Below are positions 7,937-16,100 of a DNA stretch of 21,372 bases, piece after piece. Under the pieces are notes generated by a model that was given only the letters and a program-made list of their open reading frames with translations, was not told where the DNA came from and searched no databases. Each line of letters starts with the position of its first letter. The stretch's first letter is position 1. Location: positions 1-21,372 of the forward strand of contig DHOO01000095.1 in the NCBI GenBank assembly GCA_002409975.1, written 5' to 3'. The stretch comes from Firmicutes bacterium UBA5388 (lineage in GTDB: Bacteria; Bacillota; UBA4882; UBA10575). Both the position numbers and the translations under genes were made by a program.

Positions 7937-8965
7937 TTAGTTGATTTTACCTTCCAATTCAGCCAACCTTTTTTCCAGCTGTCGGATTGTCCGTAACATT
8001 TCCGGCAATTTACCGGCAGCCGCTTGAATCCGCATATCTTCAGCATGAGGACGGGCTGGTTGACCGGAAACAACGGAATTAGGTGGTAAACTACTAATCA
8101 CCATTCCTCTGGCAAAAACAACTGTATCATCGCCAATGGTAATATGACCGTTAATTCCTGATTGCCCAGCTAAAGTTACCCGATCGCCAATGTGAGTGCT
8201 CCCGGCAACCCCGGACATGGCCACAATAATATTATCTTTTCCTACCTGTACATTATGACCAAGCTGTACAAGATTATCGATTTTAGTTCCAGCCCCAATT
8301 AGGGTCTGGCCGGTAGTTGCCCGGTCAATTGTAACATTGGAGCCAATCTCCACATCATCCTGGATCACTACCCTGCCAACCTGAGGCACTTTAAAATGCT
8401 TGCCTTGACTGGTTTTTTCAAAGCCAAAGCCGTCGCCGCCAATCACCGTTCCCGGATGAATAATTACCCTCTGCCCCACAACTGTTTTCTCGCAAATGAC
8501 AGCATTAGCATAAATTTCTGTATCATTACCAATCTCAACATCATCTTCAATGACCACACCAGGGTGGATAATAACTCTCTCGCCTAACTTGACATGAGCC
8601 CCAATGTAGACTAGAGGGGCAACATGAGTACCCGCGCCATACTCAAAGCCTTCTCCCACTACTGCCGACGAATGAATCCCCTCTGCAAAAATTTTTTTGG
8701 GGTTAAAATACCACAAGATCTGGGCAAAAGCCAAACGCGGGTTGTCTATTTCAATACCCGTAAAGTTAAATTCTTTTAAATTTGAAGGAAAAATAAAAGC
8801 CGAAGCCTGACTCTTCTTCGCTATTGCGATTGCTTTTGGAGAAGCCACCAACGAGATTTCTCCAGGTAAGACATGCTCTAACCCAGAAACCCCTGTAATC
8901 TCTAGATTACTATCTCCGACTACTTTTCCCTTCACTAGTTCAGCAAGTTCTCCCAAGGTCGCCAA
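7937..8965 (-). CDS. lpxD: UDP-3-O-acylglucosamine N-acyltransferase LpxD
   Basis: Left-handed beta-helix hexapeptide repeats run throughout. The blocks GGDGFGF...[24 protein letters not shown]...[11 protein letters not shown] and the C-terminal helical tail are colinear with E. coli LpxD. TTG start at 8965 with AGGAGG 9 nt upstream. Confidence 0.9.
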   Translation of the reverse strand: MATLGELAELVKGKVVGDSNLEITGVSGLEHVLPGEISLVASPKAIAIAKKSQASAFIFPSNLKEFNFTGIEIDNPRLAFAQILWYFNPKKIFAEGIHSSAVVGEGFEYGAGTHVAPLVYIGAHVKLGERVIIHPGVVIEDDVEIGNDTEIYANAVICEKTVVGQRVIIHPGTVIGGDGFGFEKTSQGKHFKVPQVGRVVIQDDVEIGSNVTIDRATTGQTLIGAGTKIDNLVQLGHNVQVGKDNIIVAMSGVAGSTHIGDRVTLAGQSGINGHITIGDDTVVFARGMVISSLPPNSVVSGQPARPHAEDMRIQAAAGKLPEMLRTIRQLEKRLAELEGKIN

Positions 8966-9007
8966 CTGTAATCTCCTCCTTTTATTGATGTTTTATTCCA
9001 ATATCTC

Positions 9008-9826
9008 CTAATAAAACCCGAGTTCAGATTCGCTTTTCTGTTTCCACTCGAAGAATTCTTGCTCGAGCTTTTGTTTTTCTTGGAGAAAACGTGTCTCAGC
9101 TTTTTGTTTTAGCCTTTGTCGATAATTTTCCAATTCTTCAGTAACAGCTTCTCTTCTCTGCTGTGCGAATAGTTGCAACTCTTTTTCCAACTGATCTGAT
9201 TTCTCACTAATCTTCGTCTTTAGCTCTTGTTCAAGCTCGGAGATTTCTTTAGCTAACAGTGACCTTTCTTCGGGGGCCAAATCAGGTATTTTTGTTTTAA
9301 AATGTAAACCGACTAATTTTAATGAATAGTCTTCCTCATTTTTTCTTTGAAAATCAGCCAATTCTAGCGTTTGTTCCTTCCTCTTTTTCTCGGTCGCAAC
9401 CTTAATTAGGTGCAGATCTTGATTCTGCTTCTGTTTCACTCTGCCTTCAAGTTCCAGCTCAATCTGTTTTTGACGCCGTTTTACTGTTTCCTCCAATAGC
9501 GCTTCCCGTTCCGCTAACTCGATCTTAAAAGCCATTCTTTCTTGCTGGGTAGAAAGGACCCCCGCCTTTTCTCTATTTTCCAAAAATAGCGGCCCTTCTT
9601 CCCCGGGTTTCTTTACTTGCCAGTTAAAACCCTGCCAAAAACGCCTAGCCTCTTCCGGAAGACAGGCATAAGAACTCCATTGTGGTGTTGGAAGGAGCAT
9701 GTTCTCCTCTTCAACACATCGAAAACTAGCTAAATTCGGCTTGTTAAAAAGTCCCACTCCCAGACTGAACACGGTCACCATCAAAACAAAAGCAACAAAG
9801 CAAAACAAGTAGTGTACTTTATTCAT
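9008..9826 (-). CDS. Membrane-anchored coiled-coil protein of unknown function (possibly a very divergent Skp/OmpH-like paralog)
   Basis: I prefer the ATG at 9826 (MNKVHYLFCFVAFVLMVTVFSLGVGLF, one TM helix), which overlaps the upstream skp stop by 8 nt. The maximal ORF start is at 9889. The remaining ~190 aa are E/K/Q/L-rich with a heptad-like character. I recognise no family motif. Confidence 0.6.
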   Translation of the reverse strand: MNKVHYLFCFVAFVLMVTVFSLGVGLFNKPNLASFRCVEEENMLLPTPQWSSYACLPEEARRFWQGFNWQVKKPGEEGPLFLENREKAGVLSTQQERMAFKIELAEREALLEETVKRRQKQIELELEGRVKQKQNQDLHLIKVATEKKRKEQTLELADFQRKNEEDYSLKLVGLHFKTKIPDLAPEERSLLAKEISELEQELKTKISEKSDQLEKELQLFAQQRREAVTEELENYRQRLKQKAETRFLQEKQKLEQEFFEWKQKSESELGFY

Positions 9827-10379
9827 TCCCCTGCTCACCGCTATTTTTAAGCATTGCAAGGACCTGAGGAGTGAGATCTTTCCCTCCATAATAGACAGCT
9901 TTCTTCACCACGACAAGGGGGCGTCCCTCTTGCTCTGCTACTTTAGTAGTAACTTCGTTAATTTTAGAAAAAATCGCCTGGTCAAGCTGGGCATAAAACT
10001 CATTCTGTTTCTTTTCGGTTTCGGCTTGTCTTTCCTGGTAAAGTTTCCGCAATTTTTCCCCATACTCTTCTTCAATCTTCCTTTGTTCAGAAGCATTCTT
10101 TCCCTTTTTCCGGTTCTCTTTTTCTTTTTTGATTGTTTCTACTTGTCGATCTGCCTCTTCCTGGAGGGCATGATTAAAACTATTAAATTCTTCATTTATT
10201 TTTTGATATAGTTCTTGAAACTCTTCAGTTTGATTATAAGCTTGAACTAGTTGCTGAACATCGATATAAGCATATTGGTATCGGGGCGTCGTCGTCCTTT
10301 TTAAAAAAACAAAAACAAGAACAGAGGTTAGTGCAAAAACTAGAACAATAAAAATAAATGTTTTTTTATTTTTCAACAA
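9819..10379 (-). CDS. Skp/OmpH-family periplasmic chaperone (copy 2)
   Basis: An N-terminal hydrophobic segment is followed by YAYIDVQQLVQAYNQTEEFQELYQKINEEF, a charged coiled-coil arm, and the C-terminal GRPLVVVKKAVYYGGKDLTPQVLAMLK. The layout parallels copy 1 and E. coli Skp. TTG start with AGGGGA 5 nt upstream. Confidence 0.75.
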   Translation of the reverse strand: MLKNKKTFIFIVLVFALTSVLVFVFLKRTTTPRYQYAYIDVQQLVQAYNQTEEFQELYQKINEEFNSFNHALQEEADRQVETIKKEKENRKKGKNASEQRKIEEEYGEKLRKLYQERQAETEKKQNEFYAQLDQAIFSKINEVTTKVAEQEGRPLVVVKKAVYYGGKDLTPQVLAMLKNSGEQGNE

Positions 10380-10496
10380 TCATATCCCCTTTACCGATTA
10401 TAAGAATTGCTTACTTGATTGATTTAAAAGCTAATCGAGACGCCTGGTTTTAATCTAAATCGCGTAATACGAAAAGTATTCCGTGGGATGGAAAAC

Positions 10497-11048
10497 TTAC
10501 TTACCATTACTTTTAAAAGCAGAAATCACTTTATCCGTTAGATCCTCACCGCCGTAATAAACAACACTTTTCTCTAAAATAATGGAGTAACCTTCTTTTT
10601 TGGCAATTTCCCCTAACACTTTCTGGATCGAGGCAAAGATCTCATCATGCTTGGACTGGACTTCCCCTGAAAGCCGGGCATTTTCTGTTTCCAACTTCTT
10701 TTGATAACCCTCGGCTGCCTTCATCGCCTTTTCCTGATATTTTTGTTCAATTACTTTAATTTCTTCCTGAGACTTCCCTTTAATTTCAGCATTTTTTTCT
10801 TTCTCCAGTTGAGCAAGTTCGTTTTTCTGTTGGGTTTGGAGATAATTACCAAAAGAGTTAAACTCGGCGTTTTTACTATTTAAAAGCTCCTGTAACTCCT
10901 GAAATTGCGGTAATTCGTGTTGCAAACGCTGCATATCTATATACCCTACAGTCGCTTTGCTTTGGGCCCCTACTAAACCTGAGATCACTAACGCCAGAAC
11001 TACAATTAACACTGCCGGAATCAACCATTTCGTCCACTTTTTGTCCAT
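10497..11048 (-). CDS. Skp/OmpH-family periplasmic chaperone (copy 1)
   Basis: The signal peptide ends in VGA/QS. VGYIDMQRLQHELPQFQELQ..., a K/E-rich arm and the C-terminal GYSIILEKSVVYYGGEDLTDKVISAFK follow. The gene lies immediately downstream of bamA, as in many diderms. ATG start with an AAGGAG SD. Confidence 0.8.
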   Translation of the reverse strand: MDKKWTKWLIPAVLIVVLALVISGLVGAQSKATVGYIDMQRLQHELPQFQELQELLNSKNAEFNSFGNYLQTQQKNELAQLEKEKNAEIKGKSQEEIKVIEQKYQEKAMKAAEGYQKKLETENARLSGEVQSKHDEIFASIQKVLGEIAKKEGYSIILEKSVVYYGGEDLTDKVISAFKSNGK

Positions 11049-11160
11049 TAGAAAACATCTCCTTTATTATTATTAATAAATCTAACTAACTTAGAAAATA
11101 TAGCTCGTCGCAATTTTTATCATTTCATGTGCGCGGGCGGTAGCCAGCGTGAGCGACTAC

Positions 11161-12978
11161 TTAGAACATCTCTCCGAAGAAGAAGTTGAATTTATGCTTC
11201 CCGCTTTCCGGATTCCAGCCAAAATCAAAACGAAGCTGTCCCAGGAGTGGAATGTTATAGCGAAAACCCACTCCGTAACTTTGATAATACTGATCAAAAT
11301 CAACGGTTCCTATATCGTAGAAGAGGACTGCTTCTAGATTTTCCACATTAGGAATCCTCTGCCTTAACTCTATATTAGCCAATAACTGTTGGTCACCAGA
11401 GACACGTCTAATATCATAGCCCCGTAATGATAGCTCTCCACCCAAATAAAGCTTACTGGCATTTGGAGTCTCCCCTAAGATTTTCCCACCCATCACTCGA
11501 TAGCCAAGAGTGGTGTGCTCCAACGGCGAGTAGAACTGTTTGAATTCCCCATACAAACGTTGATAATTGTATTCTCCACCAAAAACCCCGCCATGAAGGT
11601 TAAACCCCAGATTGGCGCTGTAACCTCCAGTCGTATAGGATTTGGTATAAAGAAGTTTATTGTACGCCAGACCTACACCTAGGCTATTATCCCAATACTC
11701 TTCTTTAAGCGAAGAAAACGATTCGGCAGGATAATCTTCTTCTTTCTTTATTTCCTCTTCACCGATCACGTACTTATTATCTTTAGATGGAATCCATTCT
11801 TTAGGATCGATCGTCACCCGCTCCATTTGGAAAGAAGTATCCACCCTTAAAGCCCTGTTCAACGGACGACCAAGGGTTAGGTTTAAGCCGGTTCGCTTCT
11901 CATTATATTTATAAGTGTAGCTGTTATTCTCCTTCAGTTGTCCTTGATATTTTTCGAGCCCGGACAAAGAAAGCGTATGATTGGAAAAGAGCTTAAACCC
12001 TAACGAAGTCTGTTTTTCATCTAACCAGGGTTCATTAAACTCAAAATTTAAATTGAAGACATTGTTCGGATTGAGTTCCATATTAAAAGAGAGTCTTTGT
12101 CCTAACCCCATTAAGTTCGGGTCAGTAATCCCAATATTCCCCAGTAACCGGTTATCAACTGGTGTGTAAGTAACACCCAGCATCAAATTGCGATTCTCGC
12201 CTTCTTTAAACTCCATGACCAGATCGATCACCCCTGGTGTGCTGGTCGGCTGCAAGCGAGGGTTGATGTCCTCAAATAACTGTAACCTAGCTAACTGCTG
12301 ACTATCCTCGCGTAGGATATTGAGATCAAAAATATCCCCTTCCTGTAAGGACATTTCTCGAGCCACGACAAACTCCTTGGTTTTTTCTAACCCTTTGAAC
12401 ATGATCTTCCCTAATCTGGCTTCATAAAGATGTAAAGTGACCATTCCTTCTTGGTCGATCTTCATCAGATCATTGATCTCACTGGCGTCGCCACGGAGCG
12501 GCGGAATAATCAGACCCTTCTTCTCATTAAAATATTGTTGCGCCATCACCAGATCATTCATCATCTTAATATAGTTAAAGACGTCCCCCGGTTTCTGGGT
12601 AAGAAAAGAGAGAACTTCTTCCGGTTGGATTCGTTCTAAGCCCTCCACTTTAAAGCCTTTAATTACGGGGTTCTCTACTACCTTAAAAACCACCTTGATT
12701 CCGCCCAGGAATTCTTCGGCATAAGGTTCTACCATGGTGAAATACCCGAGATCCGCGATCGCCTGTTGATCCTTAAGCACCGCTTCTTGGTTTAGAGCTT
12801 CACCTAAACGGATATTAGTAATCGCCCGTAAAATTCGGTCATCATTAACCCCTTGGTTGCCGGTAACTTCTACAGAAAGAACCACCTCTCCCACCGCCAT
12901 GACAGACCCACCAAGCGTCATGATCAGCAGCAGTGAAAGTAAGACAAAACATATCGGTTTTAAGATCCTCATCACCAC
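11161..12978 (-). CDS. bamA: BamA (Omp85-family outer-membrane protein insertase) with a short POTRA region
   Basis: A signal peptide is followed by about three POTRA-like units (residues ~30-265, e.g. VENPVIKGFKVEGL, LGKIMFKGLEKTKEFVV). A C-terminal 16-strand-type barrel region ends in the OMP signature FNFFFGEMF. Start is GTG at 12978 or ATG at 12972, downstream of AGGAGG. Confidence 0.9.
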   Translation of the reverse strand: MVMRILKPICFVLLSLLLIMTLGGSVMAVGEVVLSVEVTGNQGVNDDRILRAITNIRLGEALNQEAVLKDQQAIADLGYFTMVEPYAEEFLGGIKVVFKVVENPVIKGFKVEGLERIQPEEVLSFLTQKPGDVFNYIKMMNDLVMAQQYFNEKKGLIIPPLRGDASEINDLMKIDQEGMVTLHLYEARLGKIMFKGLEKTKEFVVAREMSLQEGDIFDLNILREDSQQLARLQLFEDINPRLQPTSTPGVIDLVMEFKEGENRNLMLGVTYTPVDNRLLGNIGITDPNLMGLGQRLSFNMELNPNNVFNLNFEFNEPWLDEKQTSLGFKLFSNHTLSLSGLEKYQGQLKENNSYTYKYNEKRTGLNLTLGRPLNRALRVDTSFQMERVTIDPKEWIPSKDNKYVIGEEEIKKEEDYPAESFSSLKEEYWDNSLGVGLAYNKLLYTKSYTTGGYSANLGFNLHGGVFGGEYNYQRLYGEFKQFYSPLEHTTLGYRVMGGKILGETPNASKLYLGGELSLRGYDIRRVSGDQQLLANIELRQRIPNVENLEAVLFYDIGTVDFDQYYQSYGVGFRYNIPLLGQLRFDFGWNPESGKHKFNFFFGEMF

Positions 12979-13116
12979 ATGGGCCTCCTTTTATTGGACT
13001 TTGGAAGCGTAAGAGGGAGTACATTACTAATAAAAATTCGTGACCAGACATAACTTTCCCTTCTCACTTCAGAATAAAGTTTTACGGTAAATCTGGAGGA
13101 AAATGTACAAAAACCA

Positions 13117-16100
13117 TTAAAAGCGCAGATTGTACTGTAACTGCCAGCGAAGACCCTCGTTAGCCGAGTAGTCACCAAGCAAGGAGATATTCGGTAGTAG
13201 CTTCCACTCTAAAGTCCATACCTGCTCCGCTAAAGAAGTCAAGGTCCTGCTATAAGAGAGGTATAAATCTTCACTTAATGATTTACCCATATTCATCCAG
13301 AAAGTGCCTTCCTGTCGGTCCTGTTCCAAAGTAAGAAAATCGATTGGCACTAAACTCCGGAACTGGTCAAGGAAACGACCGATAAAGAGATCGCCTACCA
13401 TGTTAATATTCTCTTGAAACATATTGCTAAAAGTAACAACTCCTACATCGTCAATTTTTTCCGGCCAGTTTAAAAGTTTTAGGATCTCTTCTCTACTCAT
13501 TGGCGGATTAGAACTGGGGTTAATAACTAAACTATCAAAATCTCCGGACCAACCCTGAGTGGCAAGGGTCACCTCTGTTCCCGCCAGATAACGGCTGGCT
13601 TCCATCTCCAGCAAGGGATAGAGTTTATAATCAGGGCGAAATTCGGCTTTTAAGTGTTTAATCCGGAAGGTGTCCCCCATGAAATTAACCCACCCACGCG
13701 AAGAATTAAACTCCCCGGTTAACTCTGGTTTGCTGAGAGAACCTCCCACATGCATCCTCCCGGTGAAGGGGATATAAGCCATCCCATACATCCGAAAATA
13801 AACATCATTGGCCGCTTGAAGATTAAGATCCATCTTTAAGTCAAAAGGTAAGGAGCCTCCCGTCGCCTCAGGCACTCCGACGCGGGCCTTCTTCAACACC
13901 GCCTGACCCCGGAGCACAGGCTGGGCTACCGACCCGGTCAACGCCAGCTCCCCACTGACCAGCCCATCTAAGAAAGGCTGAGCGAGATGAAGATTATCCC
14001 CTTTCAAATTGAGATTAAATTCTTTAAGCTCAAGACCATTGGAGATAATACTTCCTCCTAGCCGAAAACGGCCACTACCCAACCGTCCCTCTACATAACC
14101 ATCGTCTTTATTCTTTAACCCCCGTATTTTTAATCCTTTGTTGGAAAAATGGAGTTCACCATTAACATCTCTGAATTCCTCCGGTAATGAGGAAATCTTT
14201 CCCTTACCTCCAACAATTGTCAGACTTCCTACTAAGTAAGGAGCTTTCCAATTACCATTTAACGAAATAAGACCATCAATAGTTCCAGCGGAAATTAATG
14301 GCTCGGAGAATAAAGCATTTAAAGCGCTGGCCTCCACTTTTTCCGCAGAGATTCCCAGATCAATTTGGCTATTACGATGCGGCCAGCTAGTGGGCAACTG
14401 AAAAGTGCCAAACCACTCCTGGTTTAAAGGTAGAGTACCCTGGATCGATAAACGGTTGGCGCCAAGATCTTCAACTGCTAACAACACCAAGTCATCATGG
14501 AGCTGACCAGCAAGGCCTAAGGAAGAAAGCTTGATCCCCCCCCAACTCGTATCCTTTAATAAGGCGTCAAACTCCCCTTTCATCCCTTCTGCTGTCGTTT
14601 CTAGCTCTAGTTGGAGATCAACCCGCCCCTCTCTAGGTAAATCTTCCCTTCCTGTTAAGCCAATCAGAGGCGCTATGGGAAATTCTCTCATTTTAGCGGA
14701 AATTTGCAGTTGAGAACCAGGAATATACGCTCCGGTAACAAAAAATTCACCCTGCGCCTCATCGACTATTAAACGGTTAACGGTAATGTTCGAATTCTGA
14801 ATCTGTAAATCAAGTTCCCCGCTGAGTGGGGTAAAACCATTAATCTCTCCTTCTTTAAACTGAGCAATCAGTCTTAAAAGCGGCTGATCCCATCGGCCAA
14901 GCATTCGTAAAAAACCAGTAACCTTTCCATCAATCCGGACTTGTGGTGATCGGCCGGCAAGCACTAGTAAATTAGAAATACTGGCTTCCTCCATTTTAAA
15001 ACCAAGATCTAAATAAGGCTGCGCCTCTGTAAAATCAACTTTTCCATAAACCGTTAATTCTTCTGCTGCCCGATTGATCAGCATCTCATCAAAAAAGAGA
15101 ATTTTCTCTTTCCAACATAACTCACCTGCTACCTGATCCAGGTTAAAACCGGCTATCTTTGGCTGGAAGAGACTGACATATCCTTCAAAGAGCGGCGTTT
15201 TCAGGGTACCCCTTAACCTCCCCTTCCCGCTTAAACTCCCTGATATTTTACTTAAAATTTCCGGGTTTTCAAGATACCTTGCTCCTAATTGTTCCAAAGA
15301 TTCCAGGGGAAACTTTTCACTCTCAACTTGCAAATCCAGTTCCCCATCGCGACTAATTGATCCCCTCCCGCGTATCCTGCTGGTCGATGAAGTAATACTT
15401 AGATCATCCAGAGAGAGAAGAGCATCTTCCCAACAGAAACTAACTTTCCCTTGCTCCAGATAATTGCCATTAAGAATTAAGTCGTCAATTAAAACATCCC
15501 CTTGGAGCAAAGGTTTTTCCCAACCATTAACTCTCAGCCTCAAGTCAGCCAATCCTTCCAGATCGACCTCGGGTTTTTTCGGAAACAACGTCATAATATC
15601 TGCTAACAATATTTTATCCCCATTAACAACCAAATCATAATAGGGTTTCTCTTGCCAACCAACCTCCCCGCTAAGGGTCAGTTGGCCGGCTTTCGTCAGT
15701 AAGCAAGAATCACTAAGTTGAATTTGACCAGCATTAGCCTGACCTCGCAGCTTCAAGACACCAAGCTCCTGATCATGATAAGCTAAATCATGAATCTCTA
15801 ACCAACCATCACCTGTTAACGCCTCTCGCTCCTTTAAGTTTCCTTCTACACGTAACGAGCCATTAATGAAACCTTTAAGCGCCTCACCTTCCCCTGGCGC
15901 CCATCGGGGATCAAACTTAATTTTTCGCGCCAGGAAATCACCTTGGTAATCCCCGGTTTGCGGTTGAACAAAACCGGCGGCAATGAGCTTGCCTCCATTT
16001 TCATTCAGAAAAATACGCGAATTAATCTGCTTATGATCGCCAGAAAGATAGAGTTGCAAACGTTCGTAAGCAAACTGATTAACTGTTCCCTCTGTAATCT

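Noticed and set aside
7596-8073. Minus-strand ORFs 7596-7817 and 7774-8073 span the lpxD/lptFG spacer.
   Set aside because: Each runs out of frame into a confidently called neighbour (lptF/G or lpxD). Their translations are Trp/Cys/Phe-rich nonsense with no SD. The spacer is better explained as non-coding structured RNA.
10396-10406. A perfect TATAAT on the minus strand (rc of 10398-10403) between the two skp genes might be an internal promoter.
   Set aside because: No acceptable -35 or TG extension lies at 16-18 nt. In AT-rich spacers a lone TATAAT is expected by chance.
10876-13178. Small minus-strand ORFs overlap gene starts at 10876-11058, 12845-13051 and 12972-13178. ORF 18242-18475 lies out of frame inside the S55 gene.
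   Set aside because: They are out-of-frame overlaps with skp, bamA or the S55 gene, or read through spacer sequence. None has an SD or any family features.
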